Source: Utricularia gibba
Lineage: Eukaryota > Plantae > Magnoliophyta
Direction of reading: 5' to 3'
NCBI GenBank assembly: GCA_002189035.1
Contig: CM007990.1
Span: 1 to 64,000, forward strand
Length of the DNA: 64,000 nt
This document shows, in pieces, positions 12,135-24,002 of this stretch. The notes beneath the pieces were generated by a model that saw only the letters and a program-made list of their open reading frames with translations, did not search any database and was not told the DNA's origin. Each line of letters begins with the position of its first letter. Position 1 is the stretch's first letter. The position numbers were made by a program, and so were the translations under genes.

Positions 12135-12219
12135 TTGTTGTTGTTGTTGTTGTTGTTGTTATCCTGCTACCGTAATGTAACGAAGAGACACAACGTTAGG
12201 GGGAGGAGGAGGAGGAGGA
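12135..12219. repeat. Microsatellites (TTG)8 at 12135-12160 and (GGA)6 at 12202-12219
   Basis: Read directly from the sequence. Confidence 0.95.
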
Positions 12220-13181
12220 GCGGAGTGGATGAGATTTGCTCTGTACTGCTGCTGTCTCACTCCAATTCAAACTGGATCCAAGCAAGGGTCCACGATCATC
12301 CATCTGCGGCGATAGCATCTAGCACCGGAAACTTCAAACTAGCATGTAGGCTGTAGCCGCGCCGAGGGACCTCCTTACTGTTGCCATTTTAATCTTATTG
12401 TTATAGCTTAGGTCACAACTCTATGCCATGGGCAAGGTTTACTCTCTTTCCATTCTTCGTTCTTGACTACCCTTCTCGAAGAGAAAACGGCAGGTCGGCA
12501 GCCAGTCCACATGGTCAAACCAGGAACACTTTTTCCTTGTGATTTAGTAATTTCTCCTGGCGGCGTCCTTCCACATCCTCCTCTCTCGTAACCCCATCAA
12601 ATAACACACATGATGCACATACACTCACATGCATCTTTTCTTTCTCTGCACACTACATGCATATCGCCAGTGTTTGTGGTTTTATTGCTATGCACTAAAA
12701 TGCAGTACAGCATGCATGTGATCTAGCAATTACTTTGATCTGGACCAAGAAAGTTTGATTTGGACCTGTCGATTGGGCTTGCAATGAATGTCGGCATGGA
12801 CTATTTTATTCACAATATCTATTTGCATATAACTCCAGAAAAAGAAAATCAAGTCGGCAGCCCTTTTTGTTCTTTTGTGACATATCACTAGCTCAAGATG
12901 TAGGTACTTGGCTGTGCTTTCTTGCACTATTTGACTCCACTTTAGCATATGCTGCATCAACACGAGTACATAAATAATCTTGTACTCCCTTCCTTAAATT
13001 GTAGTATTCATGAAATAACTATATAATTCACCCGTTAAGGATACATATATATGAAAGCATAACCTCATTGTGCCCTAACTGCTATTTTTAAGAGTGAGAG
13101 GTGGAATCAGCCTGGCTGTGTGTCTAGGAAGAGCGACCCCACGATTTATTTTCCTAATATTTTCTGTCATTCTCTTCATTT

Positions 13182-14740
13182 ATGCGTCTCCAAATTGATA
13201 TGGGTATTGTTTCCGTGGCAACCCTAAGTATGATTACGAGGCAATGTTGTGGCTACCTTCTAAATCGTACACTTCACTTAGCATTCGCTCCTGGTAAGCC
13301 TAGTCATCCTGTTAATTCGTTCAAGCAGGCTACTGCTCACCAACTAGTCGACGAAATGCCTGATCCAAATGTAGAATCAGCGACAACATGGATTGGGCGC
13401 CTTGCAAATAATGGCAGACACCGGGAAGCCATATTTCATTTCTCCAGGATGTTTCTACTGGGGACATCGTACCAAATGAGTACACATTAGGAACGGTAAT
13501 CCATTCATCTGTACTTCTTAAGGATCTGGACCTTGGGCGACAAATTCACTCTCACGCGACAAAAATCAATCTTAGCTGCAATGTCTTCGTGGGGAGTGCG
13601 ATATTGGATCTTTATGACAAGTTAAGCAATTTTTCTGACGCCCTGACGGCTTTCCAGGATATTAAAGATCCGAATGTTGTTTCTTACACAACTTTGATTC
13701 GTGTTTATATGAAAGAAGGAAGGCTGAATGAAGCTCGGATGGTTTTTCGATCGATGCCTAGGAGAAATGTGGTTTCATGGAACACCATGATCAGTGGATA
13801 CAGCCAATTTGGCGAAAATGAGCAGGCTTTGACTTCCTTCATTGAGATGTTGAGAGAGGGAGTTATTCCTAGCCAATCTTCTTACCCGTGTGCCGTTGTG
13901 TGTGCAGCCAACCTTGGTGCTCTTGGAACAGGCAGGAGCATTCACGCCAGTGCAATTAAATTCTTAGGTGAACTTGGCTTGTTTCTCTCCAGTTCCTTGG
14001 TAAGTTTCTATGCCAAGTGTGGAGTCATGGAGGATGGCCTTCTGATGTTCATGAATATGAAGGAGAAAAACATAGTTTCCTGGAATGCTTGCATTTGTGG
14101 TCATGCACAGAATGGGCAAGGGAAAGAAGCGATACAAGTCTATAGAATGATGAGAGAAGGCGGCATAGAACCAAATAGCGTCACGCTTCTCGGATTGCTA
14201 ACAGCAATCAGCCATGCTGGTCTAGTTGAAGATGGCTATAGGTATTTTAACGAGGCAAGGCAAAAGGGCACAAGTCTCCTTACGGCAGAACATTATGCGT
14301 GCATGATTGATTTGCTGTCGCGGTCAGGGAGGTTTCGGGAAGCTGAAATGTTTATTCACGATCTGCCATTTGATCCAGGTGTTGGGTTCTGGAAGGCACT
14401 GCTTGGTGGATGTCAAGTGCATTCGAACACGAAGTTGGGAGAGGCTGCAATAAGGAAGATCTTGGATTTGAATCCTGGAGATATATCTTCTTATGTAATG
14501 CTTTCTAATGCTCTGTCTGCTGCAGGGAGATGGGAGAACGTAGTGGATATAAGAGGAATGATGAAGAACAAGGGGCTAACCAGAGTTCCTGGTAACAGCT
14601 GGATAGAAATCAAAAGCAAAGTTCATGTGTTTGTCACAGGAGATAGAAACCACAGCAATATGCACGAAATTCACACGCTAATCGGATTTCACATCCAACA
14701 TGCAGTGGACTATGAAGTGGCAATCGATGATGTGGCTTAG
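13182..14740 (+). CDS. PLS-E class PPR protein (At5g42450-like), with one frameshift at ~13460-13465
   Basis: The frame DEMPDPNVESATTWIGR..FSRMFLL switches to IVPNEYTLGTVI..NVFVGSAILD, which runs to the E domain (PGNSWIE) and stop 14740. Motifs WNTMISGYSQ and FWKALLGGCQVH are present. Confidence 0.9.
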
Positions 14741-15026
14741 CTTGATTCTAACGCAGGTGGATATCACTTTCCTTTTGTAACATATATAATCATCTTCAGG
14801 GCACATTCGTCTGAAGTGATACTTTCAAAGAATCTGAATGATCAAACAACGAAAGCCAATGTTAGTTATTGAAACTGAAGCAAGGACACTAACACATTGA
14901 AAAATGCCGCATTACCGGTGCAAAACATAAAACTTGAGTTGTCAAACATCCATGACATAACATAAACTTGGGTGCCATCGGTACCACTCACCCGAGTAAT
15001 AGAACAAATCAGAATATTATCGAAAT

Positions 15027-16210
<1,184 letters not shown>

Positions 16211-16640
16211 TGCAACCATATGTAGCTCTCACCCTTCCATAGAAGCACTCAGCTGCCAAAAAAACCAAGAAGAATAGCATCAGCCACACTGTAAGATTCA
16301 ACATGAACTTTATTTTCTGCTAATGAGAAAGCGAGAACCTGACCTGCTCCCGACGCAGGGTTCTACTGGAGAAGTTCAACAATTTATTTAATAGCGAGCC
16401 CATGACATCAGGTCCGTGTCGTCTGAATGAGCTTTTAAAGGGTTTTTTGGGCCACATAAGGGACCCCATTCAATAGTGGCCGCGGATATCAACAAAAAAT
16501 TATTTATTATTGTAGATGCTCCCTTACACATTTCTCAGAACTTTCCCAGCTTCGTCCGCTCTTGGTCGCAATTCTCCTCCTTTTTTTCGTTCCTATTGGA
16601 CTTGACAATCGATGTTTCGAAGTGCTGGCCTGTGAATCTA

Positions 16641-16775
16641 ATGGAAACACAAAGAGGGGTTTGTCTCTCTCAATGGAGGATGGATAACAGGCCAAGAAAA
16701 AGACCTCGTTTGACGTGGGATGTGGCTCCGGCGATTCCTCCTCCGGAGACAATGCATTCTATGTCTAAACCCTAA
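16641..16775 (+). pseudogene. AFC1: Orphan first exon of LAMMER kinase AFC1
   Basis: METQRGVCLSQWRMDNRPRKRPRLTWDVAPAIPPPE matches the AFC1 N-terminal RPRKRPRLTWD motif. No kinase exons follow. The frame ends at a TAA inside a telomere repeat (16773-16775). Confidence 0.85.
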
Positions 16776-16783
16776 ACCCTAAA
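16765..16783 (+). repeat. Short interstitial telomeric repeat / telo-box, CTAAACCCTAAACCCTAAA
   Basis: 19 nt of perfect telomere repeat in the same orientation as the terminal array. Confidence 0.9.
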
Positions 16784-16819
16784 TCAGTTGTAACCATTAT
16801 CCTCATCTTTGCCTCATAG

Positions 16820-17324
16820 AACTAAGAAAGCACTACCAACTGCCAAAGCTGGAGTCTGGGGCATGTGCTGCCCTTGCTCCCATTGAAGAAGAGTGCGTTG
16901 TATCTGAAGACAGCCTAGGAGAAGAATTTGGGTGCTGGCGCATGTCTTATGCAGTTGATGTGCTGGTTGGCTCGGGTATTGAAGAGACGTACTTCAGCAT
17001 CTTAGGAACACACTGGAATTATCCAGATAATACGCTGGACCCAGGCCTGTTTAACGATCTCGAAGTAAGTACGGCACTGGAGTCCCTTAGGGGACATCCG
17101 ATAAAATTGGAACGGCACCGGAAACTAGAGGGTCCGAGTCAGAGAGGAAGCTACTTTTTGACCTATTAAATTCAGGTTTGTCACAGATCTTCCAAGATCA
17201 TGTTGAATCTTACCCCGGGATGACGTCAAAAGTAGCGGGACGGCTTGATTCCAATAGAGAAAAGGAAGCAGTCGGCGATGCAATCGCCAGATTGATCAGC
17301 CCGGAGAAGCATCAAGTGTGCTAA
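16820..17324 (+). pseudogene. Orphan last exon of a TRM/LONGIFOLIA-family DUF4378 gene (At3g53540-like), frameshifted
   Basis: An acceptor cctcatAG at 16818-16819 precedes ELRKHYQLPKLES...SYAVDVLVGSG..WNYPDNTLDPGLFNDLE. After a frameshift it continues SERKLLFDLLNSGLSQIFQDH. These are DUF4378 hallmarks (LKLES, YxxDVL, PLDPxLFxxLE, RKLLFD). Confidence 0.8.
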
Positions 17325-17925
17325 ACAAGAAACCCATGATGGATACCTGATTACTCCATTATTTTTTTGGCTGAGTCGTGAATCAAATGCAACTGCAACC
17401 ACGGACTCAAGCATCTTCTAAGTGAGTTCCCAGCAACCAGAGACATGAAAAGGAGCTACCGAACTGACGGCGAATGATGAAGTCCTGAAGATCCGAGAAA
17501 ATGTGAGCTCCGAAGAAGGACGCGGCGCAGTTCCGGAGCACACCAAGGGAAATAAATCTGATTCAAGCCCTGAAAGATGTCTCGTTGTTCTTGGGCCCGA
17601 ATACTCAAGCCTTCTGGGCCAGAACTCTACTCAAGACCCCAGCCCACGGAAGCAGTCCAGGATACCGGGTATGCCGTACAAACAGGCAAGAAAGAAGACT
17701 ACTCTACGAGATGAAGGCAACGGTCGATTCCTAGCCCTGACAAGATCTAACGGGCGACATTCCACTTTGTATATAAATCTCCTCTAAGTCAGCAAGAAAA
17801 ATACGTCCTTTAGGCGTACAACAATTTTCAATTCTTACAAACTCTCTCAATATCATGCTCAACCACAAAAGAGCTCTTCAACAATCAATGTTTTTCAAAG
17901 CACTTAAACGAACAACCCAGGGGGT

Positions 17926-17930
17926 AAAAA
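17926..17930 (-). terminator. Pol III T5 terminator of tRNA-Arg
   Basis: AAAAA on +, about 10 nt past the tRNA 3' end. Confidence 0.8.
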
Positions 17931-17939
17931 GTAGAGATC

Positions 17940-18013
17940 CGACCACAGTGGGAGTCGAACCCACGACCTTCTGATCCGAAGTCAGACGCGCTAATCCACT
18001 GCGCTATGCGGTC
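17940..18013 (-). tRNA. trnR-TCG: tRNA-Arg(TCG)
   Basis: The reverse complement folds as a cloverleaf: GACCGCA/TGTGGTC acceptor stem, TCTGA-CT-TCG-GA-TCAGA anticodon arm and GGTTCGACTCC B box. There is an upstream CAA and a downstream T5 terminator. Confidence 0.97.
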
Positions 18014-18110
18014 ATTGGCAAAGCAATGCAATATTTAATATAAAAGACCAACACAGGTGAAACTACTATAAACCTACACCCACCGTAACGCCTTCTTTCG
18101 CCGGAACGAA

Positions 18111-19421
18111 ATGACGAAGATGCCTGTCCTTCTCTCCCTTTTCCTTCTGCTGCTTCGCTTCTCCATGGCCGAGATCAAGAACCTTAAGATTTCGTCAGAT
18201 TCTCGCTCGATGATACTCTTCGAACGATTCGGATTCACGCATACCGGTCACGCCACGATCACAGTCTCAGGCGTCTCCGTCATTTCCGGTGTTTCTTCCG
18301 CGGACTCATCTCAATTAGGTTTCTTCCTTCTCTCTGAAGAATCCCTGATTCAAGTGCTGCTTGAGCTGCAATCTAATCCTTCCTTTTGCGTCCTTGATTC
18401 GAAGTATATTAATCTTCTATTTACCTTAAGAGATCTCTCCCCTCCACCCTCTTCCTCGTTCAATCTCTCTTACCCTGTGACCGCTCCTAATGAATATTCG
18501 CTGTTTTTTGCCAACTGTGCACCTGAATCGAAGGTGTCCATGGACGTAAGGACCGAGCTTTATAATATGGATGGTCGTGGGAGAAATCAGAAGGACTATT
18601 TATCTGCTGGGTTAACTCAATTACCCACTTTGTATTTCTGTTTCTCAGTTCTTTATGTTTCCTTTCTGGGGTACTGGATCTATTTCTGCTTCCTGAATAA
18701 GAAATCTGTGCATAGGATTCATTTGCTCATGGGTCTTTTGGTGATTATGAAAGCACTGAACTTGCTTTGTGCTGCTGAGGATAAGCATTACGTTAAGGTT
18801 ACAGGGACACCGCATGGATGGGATATATTGTTTTACATTTTCCAGTTTATCAGGGCTGTCTTGCTATTCACTGTCATAGTTTTGATCGGTACTGGGTGGT
18901 CTTTTCTGAAGCCCTTTCTGCAGGAGAGGGAGAAGAAGGTGTTGATGATTGTCATCCCATTGCAGGTCCTGGCTAATGTAGCCTTCATTGTAATTGGGGA
19001 GACAGGGCCTTTCATTAAGGATTGGGTGACCTGGAATCAGGTTTTCTTACTGGTAGATATCGTTTGTTGCTCTGCAATTATCTTCCCTATTGTTTGGTCC
19101 ATTCGGTCTCTGAGGGAGACGTCCAAGACTGATGGCAAGGCTGCAAGAAACCTAGCAAAGCTTACGCTTTTTAGGCAGTTCTACATTGTTGTGATCGGAT
19201 ACCTGTACTTCACCAGGATCGTAGTGTTTGCTCTGAGGACAATCTCTGCTTATAAGTATCAGTGGGTAGCTAATGCGGGTGAAGAGATTGCAAGTCTTGC
19301 TTTCTATGTGATCATCTTTTACATGTTTAGGCCACTTGAGAAGAATGAGTACTTTGTACTTGACGAGGTGGATGAAGAGGCTGCAGAAGTTGCTCTTCGT
19401 GAGGAAGAGTTCGAACTTTGA
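18111..19421 (+). CDS. GPR107/GPR108 (lung seven-transmembrane, CAND6/CAND7-like) protein, 436 aa, intronless
   Basis: Signal peptide followed by AEIKNLKI, lumenal LFFANCAPE, seven hydrophobic helices, LFRQFYIVVIGYLYFTRI and an acidic C-terminus. Confidence 0.95.
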   Translation: MTKMPVLLSLFLLLLRFSMAEIKNLKISSDSRSMILFERFGFTHTGHATITVSGVSVISGVSSADSSQLGFFLLSEESLIQVLLELQSNPSFCVLDSKYINLLFTLRDLSPPPSSSFNLSYPVTAPNEYSLFFANCAPESKVSMDVRTELYNMDGRGRNQKDYLSAGLTQLPTLYFCFSVLYVSFLGYWIYFCFLNKKSVHRIHLLMGLLVIMKALNLLCAAEDKHYVKVTGTPHGWDILFYIFQFIRAVLLFTVIVLIGTGWSFLKPFLQEREKKVLMIVIPLQVLANVAFIVIGETGPFIKDWVTWNQVFLLVDIVCCSAIIFPIVWSIRSLRETSKTDGKAARNLAKLTLFRQFYIVVIGYLYFTRIVVFALRTISAYKYQWVANAGEEIASLAFYVIIFYMFRPLEKNEYFVLDEVDEEAAEVALREEEFEL

Positions 19422-19506
19422 GGTTGGAATCGGATTGATGCGACGCCCCTGTTGCAATTGATGTTGGTGAGAGTTCTTGTTTGGTGGATATATGAGAGAT
19501 AGATTG

Positions 19507-19723
19507 ATGGCTTGAACTTTATGTAAACCTTCTTGTTTTTTTAACTCCGGCAGGTGTGGCCTGCCGCCTCTTGGATTAAGCAGCATCTCTTTGTTTGTTG
19601 TAGTGTCCCTTTAGATTCATGGCTTGAACGTTATGTAAACCCTCTTGTTTTTTAAATCCGGCAGGTGGTCTGCCGCCTCTTGGATTAAGCAGCATTTCTT
19701 TGTTCGTTGTAGTGTCCCTTTAG
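19507..19723 (+). repeat. Tandem duplication with ~112-bp period, downstream of the GPR107-like gene
   Basis: Copy 1 (19507-19614) and copy 2 (19619-19723) both run ATGGCTTGAAC...GTAGTGTCCCTTTAG with only scattered differences. Confidence 0.95.
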
Positions 19724-20997
19724 TTAAATAGCAGCCAGATTCTGATGTTGATCCATGTCATTTTCAGAGTCTCTTCGATTTCCGGTGGGTAGCACGGTGG
19801 AGCTCCAATAACTCATGACGGACTTCCTAGCAACTTTTTTCTAATTTTTTTTCAGCTATGAAACAACGTTGGGCAAGAGTGATTCACATCAAAGCTCTGA
19901 TTTTGATTTTTAAATTTACAGAGACCGTGGAAACTATGCTCACGGATGATAAAAGGAACCCATTGCAAGTTGCAACGGCATCATTTTTACCCCATACCTT
20001 CCATTCAAACGGGCTTCTGAAAAACCACAACGTTTTTTAGAAGACGACTGGCCTGGTCGTTGTTTTCTCGTCACTCACCCATGGCCTGGCCCCGGCCTGG
20101 TATCGTTGTATATTTTCATTCTGAAATGGACGCATGGGTTTCCTCTGTACCCTTGTCACGCTGAGTTATACGAGTCTCTTGTTCTAGCCTGCTCGTTTCT
20201 GGGTAAAAGAAAAAAAAGGATGGTTGCTACTAACAATTTGCTATTAACGAAATGAAGTTTTGTATTGTCTATTTCAGTGGATGCATTACCTCAATGTTGG
20301 GTCTCCCCTGAAAATCCAGACTTCATGCGGATTGGCTGCTACTAGCGATTGTTTTGAGAATTGTATTGCTCGGCATCAAATCAGGACAAGATCTTTTCTT
20401 TTTTAAACCTAGCACAAATTCCTTGTTCTTCTCTTCGGCTTTTACTGCTTCACTATCATTGGTGGTAATCAAAAGGATAAAAAGTACTAATACATACACT
20501 GCATTTTCTTCCTTCATCCCTTTGGATCCTAGGCTGCAGTGATGGAATACTTGGCTGAGGGAGTTTTTTGACGAAGAACTTCAATCCCACATTTGGTGGA
20601 ACTTCCTTCAATACCACGACTCAGCCTATGAGGGAGACAATCAAACAAGCTGGCTTCGGAACGCTGGTGGAGAGAATAACTGGTGATCGGACATGTGACT
20701 GGAAGGATAACTGGCAAGAAGACCTCCAAGCCTTGGATTTATCCTGGAAAGTAGGCTGCGAGAGTCACCGGAGGAACTGGAAAAACTCAGGGATCATAGA
20801 TGTTGGGTCAACCACAAAAACGTGAATCCCCGTCGTTCGCCCATCAAGAAATGGACCATTTCTTTCGGAGACAGAAGACAAACCTAGAAAACATTTTTTC
20901 AGTAAGTCGTGGTGATTGTGAATGAGAAGAAACAGCAGGGTCGGTAATGGGAAGCACTAGGAAGAGACGACGACGGCTCCTCCATTGTTTCTAAGGT

Positions 20998-21398
20998 GCA
21001 TAATCAAGATATTCTATGTGATGTACGGGATCACGCGTACGAAAGAAGCAGCGGTTACTGGCCTGGTTACTCTGTTTCCTCTTAAACAAATGTGATTCTG
21101 ATCGGGGCTTCTAGCCTCGATGATAATAGCATAAATCAAATAAGCAAGAAAGAGTTCACAAGTCGCACAAAAAAACACAGCAGTGAGTCGCACATTTATA
21201 CTCACTGGGAAAACCAAAAAATAACAGAAACAGGCGTGGCAGCACCATGCGTGCCTTGCACGAATAGTGCGTGAATCTTGGCGTCCTAACGGTCCGGCGT
21301 CTTTAGCATAATCAAGATATTCTATGTGATGTACGGGATCACGCGTACGAAAGAAGTAGCGGTTACTGGCCTGGTTACTCTGTTTCCTCTTGAACAAA
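20998..21398. repeat. Two 93-bp direct repeats (20998-21090, 21306-21398) separated by a 215-bp spacer
   Basis: The copies differ at 2 of 93 positions (gaagCagc/gaagTagc and cttAaac/cttGaac). Confidence 0.95.
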
Positions 21399-23923
21399 AC
21401 GCTGGTAATATTTGTTGTTGATGTTGTTGCTGCTGGTGTTGTGTGAGCGTGAATCACGTGTTCTATAACGGGTGTGTTTGAATAAATTGGTTTAATCACA
21501 AGACACGCAGACAAAAGCTTCATTCACCGCTCATGTGTCCCAACAACTCTATGTCTACAACCTTATCCAGAAGACAAGGATGAGAAAAAGGGACAAAGAA
21601 AACAGTCAAACATGGCTACTCAACTCAACGCACTGCCAATTGACGACATGGTTCAATAATTATGCCCATGTGATCTTCAATCGTATCGTCTCCTGAGGAA
21701 CAGAATCTGGTCAACTCATATAATTGTAGCCCCTGCCTCGCCTTTGTTGGGGTGGCTTTGTGCAAAATGCAAATACTTTAGCTGTGGAAGTTGGCAGTCC
21801 CTCCCCTCATACCCTCGTGTAAGCTATTACTACTACTACTGCTGCTGCTGCTTGCTTGCAAAGATAGCAACAACCATTTTGCAGAGCAAGTCCCATTTTA
21901 CTGTGGCAGAACAGGATCGCAGCAAGCTCCCGAGACTCCGGGAACAAACCAATACACTTCATTCAAGATACCATCTTGTCCACAAAATCAGAATCTAGAT
22001 TTCCTTTAACCTTCTCTACTTTTACAGGCACAGGAAGTCCGTCGGGGATTCAATAAAACGAGAAGTTGTGGTTGGTGAGGCGTTTCAAATTTCATCACAT
22101 TCAAAAAAGCTTCTCCGTAAAATCTGACCAGCACGGCAAGTCTTTTTCCGTCGTCCAAAAAAAGGAAAGGGAAAAGCAAACCTCTGGTTTCAGTCTTCAC
22201 GCAAGCTCACATTGCATCACGTGCGTATACTCGAAACGAGTTCCCTCACCAGCAAAGCCCTCCTCCAAACAGGGCAATGGAATTTCCACTCTTGTTGAAA
22301 AGTATGTAGGTATATGCGTCCGTGGAATTTTTTTTATTCTTCAGAGTACGCTGGTCAGACGACACAGTATTCATTCTTGAAAGAGAAGCAGCCAGCCAGC
22401 CCCGCCCCATAAGCCATAAGGTGGCCGTCTGGCTTCTATCCTGTTGAACGAAAACAGCAAGACCAGCATGGCATGCCTTACACTAACGGTTTTCCACTGG
22501 TGACTCAGACATTTTGCCGACACACACCACCACACCCACTACCAGTACTACTGCTAGGATTCTTCTTCCCTTGGCCCCCACCCCCTGAGCCTATTTCTCA
22601 CTTATGTATCACCCATGTATATCCAACCGCATCCCCCACATTAGTTACACAAACTTGTCCTACGCCGCTGCACGGCGGGGCCCTTATAATTAATAAGCGC
22701 ACTCCCTCCCAATACAATCTCATGTAAGTTTGAAACATGTGCAAGACCTCCAAAGTACATCAATCCCTAGGAAGAAAAATGAAGTGATCTTTTTACAGCC
22801 ACAACGTGGTAGTAAACGAGTAGTAGTGGTGCTGCTGGTATATGAGAGGTTGTTATGTAATAAGTGAATCCTGGAATGCGGTTCGTGGTGGTCGCTCCGC
22901 TCCGAGTGGTGGTGTTGTAAAAACAGCGTACGTGTGTATCAGTGGCACGTGAATAGAGGCAGCAGAATTTGAGATGGGAGAGGAAAAAGGTGCAGAGTAT
23001 CAACTGAGAAGTGAAACGTGTTGGGCCATGGGGACCAATTCTTCCTTCCATCATGGCCTTCTTAGCTTTAGTAGTTGCAGCATTGACTTCTCTTCCATTC
23101 CTCCTCCCCACCTCAATTACTATCCGACGTCATCCCAGACATCACCGCTTCTCAATCCCATCACGCCTTCAGGAGAAGGGAGATCGATATTGTATGGGTT
23201 GGCCGGATCTTGCAACGAAAACTCAGGAATACCCGATGCTTCCGACTCTTCAACTCAAAGTGCTTGCTGCCTCGCTTGAATCAATCATCACTATCACCAG
23301 CTCACCCACCTTTCCTTCCCACTCATCTGACACACACACACGGCTGTTTCTCTTTTCTTCGTGTTTCTGATGTAACTAACTTCCCCCAGCACTTCACCTC
23401 CTCCTCTTCCTCCTCCTTTCTGCCCCCATTTTCCATTAAATTCCAAAAGATATTTTGGCAGCCAAAGAGAGAGAGATTACATGACGACTCGTTCGTTGGC
23501 ACGCAGGACCACGGGGGGAGGAGGAAAGGAAGAAAGACTACATTACAGCCTACGTCCACAACGCAACTCCAGCTTGTCGCTCTCTCTCACTCACTCCATA
23601 AATAACACGATAGCAACACTTGGCTAAAAAAGTCCCCTCCCGACATTGAAAACACAACTCACTTACCCAATCTCTTTACACGCTCCTTGTTTCCACGATG
23701 CTGTTGCGGTCTGATTCCCTCTCGCTCTAGTGAAAATCTGATGTCACCGACTTTTCAAATGATTCTGAATTAGGCATTGACTTTATCGAATTCCAACTTC
23801 CTACACAACATACCTTGCTTGGATTCCCGTTTTTTTCCGACGTTCATACACCCACCCCCCACTTTCGCCTCGAGGACAACACGGGAAATACACCCCCAGC
23901 TCTTGCTACTTACCAATACCACA

Positions 23924-23931
23924 TATAAATA
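23924..23931 (+). promoter_or_regulatory. TATA box of CYP81
   Basis: TATAAATA about 72 nt upstream of the ATG at 24003. Confidence 0.65.
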
Positions 23932-24002
23932 GGATGGTCCAGCAGCAGCAGTAACCCCCATCATCATACCCTTCATTGAGAGCAGGGCAATAGACCTTCC
24001 TT

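Noticed and set aside
11958-12356. 132-aa ORF with poly-Leu and poly-Arg
   Set aside because: It is a product of the (TTG)n and (GGA)n microsatellites and has a non-ATG start.
16765-16783. Telomerase RNA template candidate
   Set aside because: There is no upstream USE (TCCCACATCG) and TATA pair and no T-run terminator in the right layout. It is better explained as filler or a telo-box.
17450-17925. Possible solo LTR (TATA plus U3-like composition)
   Set aside because: No TG...CA termini, TSD, PBS or PPT seen. It fits an ordinary promoter equally well.
20529-20870. W-rich frames with plant-mobile-domain-like phrases (KQAGFG, ERWWRE)
   Set aside because: The two phrases overlap in different frames at the same bases and there are multiple stops, so it is probably coincidence.
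20998-21398. TRIM retrotransposon interpretation of the 93-bp direct repeats
   Set aside because: The repeats lack TG...CA ends, and no PBS, PPT or TSD is visible.
21780-21789. 10-nt match to miR396 (complement of TTCCACAGCT); MIR gene search in the 19.7-24 kb gap
   Set aside because: The match is only partial and there is no fold-back partner. I saw no conserved mature miRNA by eye anywhere in the window.
21791-22009. ORF with a poly-Leu pseudo-signal peptide
   Set aside because: It has a TTG start, and the Leu run comes from a (CTA/CTG)n microsatellite.
22974-23605. Cluster of 100-130-aa ORFs upstream of CYP81
   Set aside because: The frames overlap each other, have low complexity and carry no recognisable motif.
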